Below, piece after piece: positions 9,669 through 19,349 of a stretch of DNA of 64,000 nt. The notes under the pieces were generated by a model. It was not told where the DNA came from. It made no database searches and saw only the letters and a program-made list of their open reading frames with translations. Origin of the DNA: Candidatus Poseidoniaceae archaeon (GTDB taxonomy: Archaea; Thermoplasmatota; Poseidoniia; Poseidoniales; Poseidoniaceae); the NCBI GenBank assembly GCA_938030705.1, contig CALHIR010000005.1:132909-196908 (forward strand). Direction: 5' to 3'. A program made the translations under genes and the position numbers. Every line of letters starts with the position of its first letter. The stretch's first letter is position 1.

Positions 9669-10499
9669 TTAATCATGAATGGCTCGAGCCTTCAAGCCGT
9701 ACCTGACAAAGCCTTCTTGAGCATACAACCGTCGAAACACCAATTCCATCGGCGCCTCCATTTCAAGGATGGCCTCTTCATCGTCGACCGTCAAAAACAC
9801 CCCGTTGGGGCCATCATCTAACTGCAAAAGGACCGTACTCACACCGCCGAGTACCGGGGCCCGTAGTGAAAATTCAGACGGTGCTCCGGCGGCCGAAAGC
9901 GTTGTCCATGTCAGCACTTTCCCTCTTCGTTGGAGGCGCATATTTGATGACCCTGAACCGTCCACAACGTGGGAAAATCGAGGCGGCCAAACGACGGTTT
10001 GACCGTTCAATTGTCCGTGGAGTTGAAGGCGTGGGGTTGCTGCTTCATCGTACTGGGCCCGAGAGACGTAGGCCCCTTGACTCACATGCCCTTTGGACAA
10101 TTCATGGTCCCACGCCTGTTCAATGGCAGCATGGAATTCTGCCTCAACTTCGATCGCAACTTCCAGCATGGGAACCTCAACGGGGGCGTCTCTTTTTGAA
10201 ACCACCACAATGGCTTCGTCACTCATGAGGACCTCCCAAGGCGCCTCTTGTTCGGCCTCATGGTCGTAGAGTGCCACCCCAGTGGCGACCGAGAGACTTG
10301 GTCCATCAATGCCCTCTGGAACGGAAATCATGGACACTTCATCATGGTCTAATCGGTGAAGTAACGCCGCCACTGCAAGCGTGGTCGCATCACTGTCTGC
10401 TCCAAAGACGCGTTCACCGTTCAAGGTGAACGGTGACTGAACGACGGTGAAGGACGGTTCATGATGAAGCAAATACCCCATCCAGATTTCACCGGGCAT
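9669..10499 (-). CDS. Thiolase-associated DUF35/OB-fold protein with a degenerate HMG-CoA-synthase-like N-terminal part
   Basis: C-terminal G.VLTWT....G.PSEF...V...LDDG...ME.VFRRLY...G..RYG.K is the DUF35 OB-fold pattern. ATG overlaps the thiolase stop (TGATG). Confidence 0.8.
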   Translation of the reverse strand: MPGEIWMGYLLHHEPSFTVVQSPFTLNGERVFGADSDATTLAVAALLHRLDHDEVSMISVPEGIDGPSLSVATGVALYDHEAEQEAPWEVLMSDEAIVVVSKRDAPVEVPMLEVAIEVEAEFHAAIEQAWDHELSKGHVSQGAYVSRAQYDEAATPRLQLHGQLNGQTVVWPPRFSHVVDGSGSSNMRLQRRGKVLTWTTLSAAGAPSEFSLRAPVLGGVSTVLLQLDDGPNGVFLTVDDEEAILEMEAPMELVFRRLYAQEGFVRYGLKARAIHD

Positions 10500-11668
10500 C
10501 AGCGATGCCTCCCAAAGACATGAACAGAACAAGTCGCTCCTGAACCTCCGACATTGTGCGTCAAGGCTGTTTCAGCATCGCGTACCTGCCGGTTGGGTTC
10601 AACTTGTCCACGAAGTTGCTTAAACACCTCAACAACTTGCCCGGTCCCTGTGGCTCCAAGCGGGTGCCCTTTTGATTTCAATCCGCCACTCGAGTTGACG
10701 GTGGTTGTTCCCTCGTTGATACGACCCTCACCCTCCCGTGCAAAGCGTCCGCCTTCACCTCGCTGTGCAAACCCGAGGTCTTCGGTTGCCAAGACTTCGG
10801 CAATCGTGAAACAATCGTGCACCTCTGCGACATCGATTTGTCGAGGCTCCAAACCCGCCATTGCATAAGCCTTGGACGAAGCGACTTGTGTTGCCTTCAG
10901 TTGAGTGATGCTTGGACGGTCATGCAGAGCAAGATTATCCGAGGCGGCCCCCGCTCCTTTGACCCAAACGGGCGTGTCGGTGAATTTGTGCGCTAGGTGG
11001 TCGGCAGCGAGGACCACACAGGAGGCCCCGTCTGATGTTGGACAGCAATCGTAGAGGGTGAGTGGGTCGGCGACCATAAAACCACCCGCCGCTTTTTCAA
11101 AACTGACTTCTTTTTGGATGTGGGCATCGGCGTTTTTAGAACCGTGAAGGTGATTCTTCACGCTCACGTGAACAAGGTCATCATGGGTGGAATCAAACTC
11201 GTGAAAATAGCGCCGTGCCATCAAGGCATACGTGCCTGGAAAGGTCAGTCCTGCAAGCCTTTCCCATTCAGTGTCGCCCGAAACGCCCAACCAGTAACGC
11301 TTTCGCTCAGGCGTTAAATCGTTCATCTTTTCGATGCCACCGGCAACCACAACATCCGCTTGGCCACTTTTGATCGCCATCCAAGCATCACGGAAAGCAA
11401 AACCCGATGATGCGCAGGCGTTCTCGACACGGCGAACGGCTACGCCGTCCATCCCGGAATGTTCGGTGAGCAGCGCTGCTGTATTACCAAGTTGCGAACC
11501 ACCAAACGCCAAACTACCGATGTAAGCCTCTTCGACCAAATCGGCAACAAAATCACCATCCACGCTTGCAAAGGCTTTGGCTGCGGCTTCAGCCCACATG
11601 CCTTTGAGGCCAAGGGGGTGATTCCCGTATTTTGTTTGACCAGCACCAACGACGGCGACGTCCACCAT
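10499..11668 (-). CDS. Acetyl-CoA C-acyltransferase (archaeal/SCP2-type thiolase)
   Basis: ENACASSG catalytic Cys, EVHDCF, GHPLGATG, HNVGG motifs. Confidence 0.94.
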   Translation of the reverse strand: MVDVAVVGAGQTKYGNHPLGLKGMWAEAAAKAFASVDGDFVADLVEEAYIGSLAFGGSQLGNTAALLTEHSGMDGVAVRRVENACASSGFAFRDAWMAIKSGQADVVVAGGIEKMNDLTPERKRYWLGVSGDTEWERLAGLTFPGTYALMARRYFHEFDSTHDDLVHVSVKNHLHGSKNADAHIQKEVSFEKAAGGFMVADPLTLYDCCPTSDGASCVVLAADHLAHKFTDTPVWVKGAGAASDNLALHDRPSITQLKATQVASSKAYAMAGLEPRQIDVAEVHDCFTIAEVLATEDLGFAQRGEGGRFAREGEGRINEGTTTVNSSGGLKSKGHPLGATGTGQVVEVFKQLRGQVEPNRQVRDAETALTHNVGGSGATCSVHVFGRHR

Positions 11669-11785
11669 GTGTTCCTGCACGAGGACGAGGCATTTCATAC
11701 CCACGCTCTCATCCCGAAGAAGAAGAGAAAAATCACCACTATGAACCCGTAGGGTTCTTGAACAGGTCGCACCCGCATTGACATC

Positions 11786-12472
11786 ATGCTACGCCAATGC
11801 AAAACCCACGGACACTTTTCCGGCACCAACTGCCCAGTTTGCAATGAAGAAGGGAAATTCATCATGAGTGACAGAGAAGCTAACTCGCTTGGTCGTATGT
11901 TGGCGCTCGTGCTTCGCCATGCTCCAGAAAAATTCAACGTTGACATGGACATCAATGGATGGGTGAACACACGTGAGCTCTCCGAAGCTATTGGGAACCA
12001 ACGTCGCCATTATCATTGGCTCCGAGGATGGCATTTCGAGGCCATTGCCAACGCAGATGAAAAGGGTAGATATCAAGTTGAAAACAGCATGATTCGAGCC
12101 ACCTACGGTCACTCGATTGAGTTGGATTTGGACCTACCAACCGACGACATTCCTGAAGTTCTCTACTTCCCTTGTGAAGGCGAAGAAGTGGAAACACTCC
12201 TTGAATTTGGATTGACGGCGGGCGACCGAAAGCATGTCCATCTCTCACGATCCATTCACAACGCCATGGAAGCCGGTCATGTTCGTATTGACCGTCCAAC
12301 CATCCTGGAAATTGATACCGCCCGTGCAATCGCCGATGGCCACACCATCTACCGAGCAGGAACGACGGTGTTCTTGACCGATGAAGTCCCCGGCGAATAC
12401 CTCTACAAGGTTGACGAAGACGACCCTATGATTCAGGAAATGATTGAATCGTGGGAACGCGAAGAAGAGTGA
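11786..12472 (+). CDS. kptA: RNA 2'-phosphotransferase (Tpt1/KptA)
   Basis: LRHAP, KGRY, IRATYGHS, R.HVHLS motifs; N-terminal CxxH..CPVC extension. Confidence 0.92.
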   Translation: MLRQCKTHGHFSGTNCPVCNEEGKFIMSDREANSLGRMLALVLRHAPEKFNVDMDINGWVNTRELSEAIGNQRRHYHWLRGWHFEAIANADEKGRYQVENSMIRATYGHSIELDLDLPTDDIPEVLYFPCEGEEVETLLEFGLTAGDRKHVHLSRSIHNAMEAGHVRIDRPTILEIDTARAIADGHTIYRAGTTVFLTDEVPGEYLYKVDEDDPMIQEMIESWEREEE

Positions 12473-12474
12473 AA

Positions 12475-12810
12475 TCACTTTTCTGCGCCACAGGCAGGAC
12501 AGAACCCAAGGTCTGGTTCGAACACCGCTTTGCACACAGGACAATGGTCATGGCCCGTCATCAACGCCTCTACCTTCTTCGGAGCGGGGGCAGGTGAAAT
12601 ACCAGATTCGGATGCAATCAAGCGAACGGGATCAATACCGTGGCGTTGAAGTTCTTCGATTCTATTCTTGTAAATGATGGCCTCTTGAAGGGCACTTTCA
12701 AGTTGCCATAGACGCTGTTCGCGTTCTTTTCCATCTGCAATTGTTCGGGCCTCCTCAACACAAACTTGCAAATGACGCATGAACGCTTCAACACTGGGCT
12801 CTTCCGCCAT
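12475..12810 (-). CDS. Hypothetical coiled-coil protein with C-terminal double Zn-ribbon
   Basis: CPVC...FCPACG at the C-terminus; helical N-terminal part. Confidence 0.7.
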   Translation of the reverse strand: MAEEPSVEAFMRHLQVCVEEARTIADGKEREQRLWQLESALQEAIIYKNRIEELQRHGIDPVRLIASESGISPAPAPKKVEALMTGHDHCPVCKAVFEPDLGFCPACGAEK

Positions 12811-12941
12811 GGTGTTCACACCCGAAGGGTACCTCATCAATCCTTGCCACCAGTGTCTTGCCACTGGGACCCTTCTCGGGCTGGACTAGAAATCGCCGCT
12901 GAGACCACTCGCTTGATGAAGGCCGGCCACATGGACACCCC

Positions 12942-13892
12942 ATGAAGGATGCACACGAACAGGCCAGCGCATGGACCGCTTCTTTTGACTCGGGTAAATT
13001 TGTCAGGAAACGGAGTGAGTTTCGGGACATCATCGGACAACATGAGTTGTTTCAAATCGATGACGGACGATATCACCTCTACGTCTCCCACGCATGCCCT
13101 TGGGCCCATCGAACGCTAATCGTCAGAGCGTTGCTTGGATTGGAGGACCAACTTACTGTTGACGTGGTCGACTGGAGAATGAAGAGAGATGGATCATGGT
13201 CGTTCAACCCTGATGAGCCAGGGTCTACAGCCGACCAAATCAACGATGAAACGAGCTTAGAGGGTGTTTATGCTAGGGCCTCGTCAGAATGGAGGAAGAG
13301 AGGAAAAATAGGAACGGTTCCGGTTCTTTGGGACAAGGTTCACAACACCATCGTCAATAACGAAAGCAGAGAGATTATCCGGATGCTTGATGCTTTCCGA
13401 GCCAAGGGATTTGGCAACGGAAGAACCTTGTGTCCGGAAACGCTAACCGATGAAATTGATGCCATGATCGATGCAAATTATGAGAGTGTCAACAATGGCG
13501 TATACAAATCCGGTTTTGCTCGAACACAAGCTGCATACGATGAGGCCGTAAAGGCACTTTTTGACCGTCTTGATGAACTCGAGCGTCACCTCGATGGAAG
13601 GCACTGGTTGGTCGGGGAAGGAACAGGAACGCTCACCGAAGCCGATGTCTGCTTGTTTACGACGCTGGTTCGCTTCGACCTCGTCTATGTGGTCCACTTC
13701 AAATGTAACCTCCGTCGGATCATGGATTATCCGAATTTGAGTGCATTCCTCAAGCGAATGTTAGAGCAACCTGGCGTACGTGAGACGTGTAATTGGCATC
13801 ACATCAAATCTCATTATTTCTGGTCACATCAGAACATCAACACGTTCAGAATCATCCCCCAAGGTCCTGCAGAGGGAGCACACACGCTTTGA
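12942..13892 (+). CDS. Glutathionyl-hydroquinone reductase (YqjG/ECM4, Xi-class GST)
   Basis: RYHLYVS.ACPWAHR, TVPVLWD, NNES, NNGVYK.GFA, RFD.VY..HFKCN motifs. Confidence 0.93.
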   Translation: MKDAHEQASAWTASFDSGKFVRKRSEFRDIIGQHELFQIDDGRYHLYVSHACPWAHRTLIVRALLGLEDQLTVDVVDWRMKRDGSWSFNPDEPGSTADQINDETSLEGVYARASSEWRKRGKIGTVPVLWDKVHNTIVNNESREIIRMLDAFRAKGFGNGRTLCPETLTDEIDAMIDANYESVNNGVYKSGFARTQAAYDEAVKALFDRLDELERHLDGRHWLVGEGTGTLTEADVCLFTTLVRFDLVYVVHFKCNLRRIMDYPNLSAFLKRMLEQPGVRETCNWHHIKSHYFWSHQNINTFRIIPQGPAEGAHTL

Positions 13893-13935
13893 ATCACAGC
13901 GGTATGCTCATGATGCGCTCCTTCGTGGGAGAATC

Positions 13936-14751
13936 ATGCGTGAGCGCGTGGTCGTGAAGTGGGGTGGAGGCCTCATTACGCAAAAGGATACGATGAAGAC
14001 CGTTCGCCACGACGTTCTTGAGAACCTGGCCGAGCAGTTGGAAGATTGCTTGCTTCAAGGCTTGGACGTGGTGCTCGTTCATGGTGCAGGCTCGTTTGGA
14101 CACCTCAAAGCAAAGGCCTACCAACTCGCTGAAGGGAGGACGGAAGCCTTGGACTTACCAGCCAACCGCACACAAGAACAAGCTGTGGAAGAAGTACGGC
14201 AGGACATGTTGGAATTGAACGAACACGTGATGGCTGCCCTGACGAAGCGGGATGTTTCAGCCGTCTCCCTCCCTCCGCATCAATGGGCGAGAAACACCGG
14301 GCCAAGATTTCAAGGGGATTTGACGCTCTTCGAATCAGCCCCCCAGGGCATCGTTTTGGTCACTCACGGTGATGTTGTTGACTGCGATGAACCGAAGGGT
14401 TTTGGGATTCTTTCCGGTGATGATTTGGTCTATCGGCTGGCCACAGAACTCAGCGGTGTGAAACGCCTCGTGTTTGCTATGGGGGGCGTTGAAGGCGTAC
14501 TCCAAGAACCTCCCAACGGTGTACACGACGAAGAAAAACTCATCGAAACGCTTCACATCAACGATACGTATGAGGGAGAACACATGAGGTCAATGGACGT
14601 CACAGGAGGCATTGGCCTCAAAGTACAGCGTGGCTTTGAAACCGCCGAGCACGGCGTTGAGGTCCTCCTTGTCAGCGGTGAAATCGGCCACCGAGTGAGG
14701 GATGCTTGTCTCGGGGACGAGGTCCGTGGCACAACACTCCGTTCGTCATGA
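13936..14751 (+). CDS. ipk: Isopentenyl phosphate kinase
   Basis: VVKWGGGLIT.K, VHGAGSFGH, GDVV, LSGD, DVTGG motifs; adjacent to the IDI/GGPPS gene. Confidence 0.9.
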   Translation: MRERVVVKWGGGLITQKDTMKTVRHDVLENLAEQLEDCLLQGLDVVLVHGAGSFGHLKAKAYQLAEGRTEALDLPANRTQEQAVEEVRQDMLELNEHVMAALTKRDVSAVSLPPHQWARNTGPRFQGDLTLFESAPQGIVLVTHGDVVDCDEPKGFGILSGDDLVYRLATELSGVKRLVFAMGGVEGVLQEPPNGVHDEEKLIETLHINDTYEGEHMRSMDVTGGIGLKVQRGFETAEHGVEVLLVSGEIGHRVRDACLGDEVRGTTLRSS

Positions 14752-14803
14752 ACCGGAGAACTCTTCATGTAGCCGCCGCGACTCCATTATGCTGGGTGAA
14801 ACC

Positions 14804-16555
14804 ATGTCAGGGTACGGAATCCACGATGTCCCGCATGTGGAACTGAACGATGACGCTGTCGCGTCGCTGGGCGAAGAGAACCCCGAACAAGCTGCCTTGA
14901 TGGCTGAAGCCGTGATTCAGGTCTCAGAGAGCGATGTTGTTCTCGGTCCGATTTCAAAGCTTGATGCTCACCAAAGCGCAGGTGCGTTCCATCGTGCTTT
15001 CAGTATGCTCCTCTTCAACACAAAGGGGGAGATGCTTCTCCAACAGCGTTCCGCCGACAAAGTGACGTTTCCAAACGTGTGGGCCAATGCGTGTTGTTCG
15101 CACCCTCTTCACAGTGAGGAAGAACTGGAGGAAGACAACGCCATGGGCGTGAAGCGTGCTGCTGTTCGAAAGTTGGAACAAGAACTCGGTATAGACCCCT
15201 CCACCATTTCAACAGAGGACATGACCTTCATGACGAAAATGCGCTATGCTGCACGCATGAATGGTGAGTGGATTGAACGTGAAGTCGATCATGTGTTGGT
15301 CATGTGTGCCGATGTGAAATTGAACCCAAACCCCAACGAAGTGGCGAACATCATGTGGGTTGACCGTAAATCCATGGAAGCCATGCTCATCGAAGATCGG
15401 GATGCCGAACAAGCCATTGCGCCATGGTTCAGATGCATTGCTGCTCGCATCATGAACAAAGCTTGGTGGGAAAACCACAACCGTCCAGAGAAATTGGCTG
15501 AACTCGCTGACGACCTCATTCATGACATGGGCGATGTGACCTACATGTTGCCCAACGCCGAAGGCGCCGATTTACTCACCTCCATCATGGAAGTGAAACC
15601 CTTGATAGAGCAACGGATTGAACTCAGTCTCAGAGCATCCCGCCATGAGCGCCTTGGAGACGCCATGATGCACCTCTTTGAAGGTGGAGGAAAGCGGATG
15701 CGAGCGACGCTCCCTTGGCTGGTAGCCAAAGCCGTGGGTGATGCTCACGCCGGCCTGTTGGACATCGGGGCTGCCATCGAAACCGTTCACAATTTCACAC
15801 TGGTCCACGACGACATCATGGACAACGACGAAATCCGAAGAGGAAGAAATGCTGTACACATCGAATACGGTGTACCGACAGCCATCAATGCGGGTGATGC
15901 AATGCTTGCCATCGCTTTTGAGCGGCTCGTGCAGGCAGAAAATTTGGAACCGCAAGATGTTGCTCCACTCGTCAACCGCATCGCCTGGATGGTTCGCCGC
16001 GTAAGCGAAGGCCAACAGTTGGACATTGAGTTTGAGGACCGCTTGGAGGTCTCTGAGGAAGACTACCTTGAGATGATCGAGGGAAAAACCGCCGTTATGT
16101 TTTGGATTTGCGCTGAAATCGGTGCCCGAATTTCTGGTGCCGACGAAGAAACCATCCAACTCATGGCCGATTGGGGCAAAGCCTTGGGGCTCTGTTTCCA
16201 ACTGATGGACGACGTCATCGATGTTCTTTCGGATTCAGCGACACTGGGCAAACCTGCTGGTTCTGATATCGCCCAAGGAAAACGTACACTCATGATTATT
16301 CATGCCCTCCGCCAACCGGATGGCCCCGTGAAAGAACGCCTCCTGAAGGTCCTCGGAAAAGGAGAAGATGTGGCCCCAGAAGCCCTTGCCGATGGATTAG
16401 CCGCCCTTTCAGAATTGGGTTCCGTGGATTATGCCAGGAACATGGCAGAGGACTTCCACGCAAAGGCCCATGCCTGCCTGGACCGAATTGAACAGAACCC
16501 TGCCATGGTGGCTTTGCGAGAACTCACTGATTTCCAGTTGGCTCGACTTCATTGA
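14804..16555 (+). CDS. Fusion of type-1 (Nudix) isopentenyl-diphosphate isomerase and short-chain polyprenyl (likely GGPP) synthase
   Basis: N-half has HRAFS, NACCSHP, EREVDH. C-half has GGKRMR, FARM FTLVHDDIMD..RRG, GQQLD, KTA, SARM FQLMDDVID. One continuous frame. Confidence 0.92.
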   Translation: MSGYGIHDVPHVELNDDAVASLGEENPEQAALMAEAVIQVSESDVVLGPISKLDAHQSAGAFHRAFSMLLFNTKGEMLLQQRSADKVTFPNVWANACCSHPLHSEEELEEDNAMGVKRAAVRKLEQELGIDPSTISTEDMTFMTKMRYAARMNGEWIEREVDHVLVMCADVKLNPNPNEVANIMWVDRKSMEAMLIEDRDAEQAIAPWFRCIAARIMNKAWWENHNRPEKLAELADDLIHDMGDVTYMLPNAEGADLLTSIMEVKPLIEQRIELSLRASRHERLGDAMMHLFEGGGKRMRATLPWLVAKAVGDAHAGLLDIGAAIETVHNFTLVHDDIMDNDEIRRGRNAVHIEYGVPTAINAGDAMLAIAFERLVQAENLEPQDVAPLVNRIAWMVRRVSEGQQLDIEFEDRLEVSEEDYLEMIEGKTAVMFWICAEIGARISGADEETIQLMADWGKALGLCFQLMDDVIDVLSDSATLGKPAGSDIAQGKRTLMIIHALRQPDGPVKERLLKVLGKGEDVAPEALADGLAALSELGSVDYARNMAEDFHAKAHACLDRIEQNPAMVALRELTDFQLARLH

Positions 16556-17012
16556 ACACTTCAACGGCATCACCGATGTTGATGCGACCGGTCGATTGAA
16601 TGCTGGCGTACCACCGAGTCTGCCCGGGGAGTTTCCGATGACTCAAGTTTTGAAATTGTCCATCATGAAACGAGGCTCGAATCGTCTTGCAAGGTGGGGC
16701 GTCCCCGGTAATGGTCATCCGAACTTCGCCAACATGAAGTTGAACACCAGGACGAAGCAATCCGGGATTAAGGCCGTCGATCAAGATGTTTTCACCCGTG
16801 GTTCCCGGGCCGATGGGATGGCCTGCTTCCTGAAGTCGCTTCATGATGCTGACCTCCATCAGACAGACAGCTCTGGTTGGACCGCCGTGGTGCCGAGTAT
16901 CGTTTTGTCGGTCGCCAGCGCACCCGTTCAACTGGACATCCAATGACGCCACTGGATGCTTGGGCACGCCGCCTTCCGGGTTGACATGCAGGCCAAAAAC
17001 AATGCCTGCCAT
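16524..17012 (-). CDS. MOSC domain protein (YiiM-like)
   Basis: GGVPK, GD.Q....HHGG..RAV, GENI, PC motifs. Confidence 0.85.
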   Translation of the reverse strand: MAGIVFGLHVNPEGGVPKHPVASLDVQLNGCAGDRQNDTRHHGGPTRAVCLMEVSIMKRLQEAGHPIGPGTTGENILIDGLNPGLLRPGVQLHVGEVRMTITGDAPPCKTIRASFHDGQFQNLSHRKLPGQTRWYASIQSTGRINIGDAVEVFNEVEPTGNQ

Positions 17013-17021
17013 GCACGAACC

Positions 17022-19277
17022 TCAGTCTGCGTAGTACGATTCTGGGTTTGGTTCGGGCTTGAGTCCCTTACGCTGACGAATTTCACCAACCACTTTGTCA
17101 AACAATTGTGGTGGGAGGATTTCGAAGCCGAGGTTCTCTGTGTTCCAAACGGCACGACCCTGCGAAGCGGCACGTATGTCGTTGGAGAAACCGAAGGTCT
17201 CTGCAATAGGAATGACACCGACAACGGTTGTCACGCTACCCTCAGAGGGCATGTCTTCGATGATACCACGGCGAGTGGTGACTTCACGGGTGACTTGGCC
17301 AAGCCAGTCGTTTGGTACGGAGATAAACGCCTTTTGCATGGGTTCGAGAAGAACCGTCTTGGCTCGCATCATGGCACCCTTGATTCCATTTCGGACGGCA
17401 GGGATGGTCTGAGCAGGACCACGGTGAATGGCGTCTTCGTGGAGTTTTGCGTCAACCAATCGCACGAACATGCCTTGGACCGGTTCGTCAGCCACGGGTC
17501 CCTTGACGCAGACTTCGTTGAAAGCCTCAATGATGAGTTCACGAGTCTCGTGGAGGTTCTGAATACCCTTGGTATCGTTCACGAGAACGTTGGTTCCCTT
17601 GATGGCGTAGATCTTACGCATCGTATCTTTGTCCATGCCGTATTCGCCGAACTTGCTTCCAACGGCTTTTGCATCACTGTTTCGAACAGGACCATCACCG
17701 AGTTCACCGGAACGCAGAGCTGCGACGACTTCGGTAGGAAGTGCCTCAATCTCGAAGAAGAATCGGTTGTGGCGATTGGGTGACTTACCCTCAAAGGAAT
17801 TACCACGGTTGGATCCTTGGATGCCCTCTCGGTAAACGACAATAGGCGGACTGACCTTGACCTTGATGTTCTGTTCTTCCTCGATACGGTAAACGGTGAT
17901 TTCCAAGTGGAGTTCACCCATTCCGGCAAGCAGGGCTTCACCGGTCTCCTGGTTCGTGGTGACTTGCAACGAGGCATCGGCTTTAGCCAAGGAGCGAAGT
18001 GCATCAATGAACTTGGGCAAGTCCTTCATGCTCTTGGGCTCGACAGCAACCGTGACCACAGGGTCTGAGTAGTGGCGAATGGCTTCAAACGGCGTGAAAT
18101 CCTTGTCGCGAGAAAGGGTGACACCAGCGGCAGCAGAGCGAATACCGGTGACAGCAGCGATGTTTCCTGCAACGACCTTGGGCACGGTGATACGGTCGCC
18201 ACCGACCATCATGGCTACTTGTTGCACACGCTCGGGCTTGGCGGCTCCGATGGCGTACACGGATTCTCCTTGGTTGATGGCACCGGAATAGACACGGCCC
18301 ACGGCCACTTCACCGGCGTGTGGATCCATCCAAATCTTGGTGACCATCATGGCGAGTTCAGCCTCTGGGTCGCAGTTCATCATGGCCTGACCAATTTCAG
18401 ATTCCAAGTCTCCTGTCCAGATGTTTGGAATGCGGTATTTCTGTGCGTCGGTGGGGCCTGGGAGTTTCGTCACGGCCATGTCGAGCAAGACTTCGTGGAC
18501 GGGTGCTTTTTGAGCAAGGGTCTTCTGGTCTTCGTTGTTACAATACTCGAAAATTTCCTTGAAGGAAATCCCGGACTTCGACATGTAGGGCACCGTAATA
18601 CCCCAGTTGTGGTAAGCCGACCCGAAGGCAACCGTGCCGTCCTGAACAGAGACTTGCCAGGCTTTGCCCATACCTTCTGGAGCAAATTGCTTGATGAGTT
18701 TGTTCACCTTCTTGATCGTCTCTGTAAATCGGGCCATCATGTCTTCGGGAGTGACCTGAAGTTCGTTGATGAGGCGGTCGACCTTGTTGATGAACAACAC
18801 GGGCTTTACCTTCTCCTTCAGTGCCTGACGTACCACCGTCTCCGTTTGGGGCATGGGGCCCTCCACGGCACAAGCGAGAATGAAACAACCGTCAACCGCA
18901 CGCATGGCACGGGTCACGTCGCCACCGAAGTCAACGTGACCGGGTGTATCAATGAGGTTGATCAGGTAGTCCGTCATTCTCGGTTTACCATCGACCATGA
19001 CCGGCTTTCCTTCATCGTCTTCATCTTGTACAGCGTGGACCATGGAAGCCGATGCAGCGTTGATGGTGATTCCACGAGCAGATTCTTGCTCGTCAAAGTC
19101 AAGCACGCGGGCTGCACCAGCGAGTTCGTTGGACATCATGCCAGCACCTGCGATCAGGTTGTCTGACAGCGTGGTCTTACCGTGGTCAATGTGAGCAGCA
19201 ATGCACAGGTTCCTGATTTGAGGAAGAATGTGCATGACTTCTGTAGCCTTCTTGATGTTGTCTTCTTTGCGTCCCAT
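17022..19277 (-). CDS. fusA: Translation elongation factor aEF-2
   Basis: AHIDHGKTT, RGITI, DTPGHVDF, NKVD; diphthamide loop HEDAIHRG. Confidence 0.98.
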   Translation of the reverse strand: MGRKEDNIKKATEVMHILPQIRNLCIAAHIDHGKTTLSDNLIAGAGMMSNELAGAARVLDFDEQESARGITINAASASMVHAVQDEDDEGKPVMVDGKPRMTDYLINLIDTPGHVDFGGDVTRAMRAVDGCFILACAVEGPMPQTETVVRQALKEKVKPVLFINKVDRLINELQVTPEDMMARFTETIKKVNKLIKQFAPEGMGKAWQVSVQDGTVAFGSAYHNWGITVPYMSKSGISFKEIFEYCNNEDQKTLAQKAPVHEVLLDMAVTKLPGPTDAQKYRIPNIWTGDLESEIGQAMMNCDPEAELAMMVTKIWMDPHAGEVAVGRVYSGAINQGESVYAIGAAKPERVQQVAMMVGGDRITVPKVVAGNIAAVTGIRSAAAGVTLSRDKDFTPFEAIRHYSDPVVTVAVEPKSMKDLPKFIDALRSLAKADASLQVTTNQETGEALLAGMGELHLEITVYRIEEEQNIKVKVSPPIVVYREGIQGSNRGNSFEGKSPNRHNRFFFEIEALPTEVVAALRSGELGDGPVRNSDAKAVGSKFGEYGMDKDTMRKIYAIKGTNVLVNDTKGIQNLHETRELIIEAFNEVCVKGPVADEPVQGMFVRLVDAKLHEDAIHRGPAQTIPAVRNGIKGAMMRAKTVLLEPMQKAFISVPNDWLGQVTREVTTRRGIIEDMPSEGSVTTVVGVIPIAETFGFSNDIRAASQGRAVWNTENLGFEILPPQLFDKVVGEIRQRKGLKPEPNPESYYAD

Positions 19278-19349
19278 GGTTACCACCGTGTTCTCGTTGC
19301 TTCGCCCACTGAAAAGGGGTTCTTAAGTGCCTCGCAGGAGACCGGTGAA

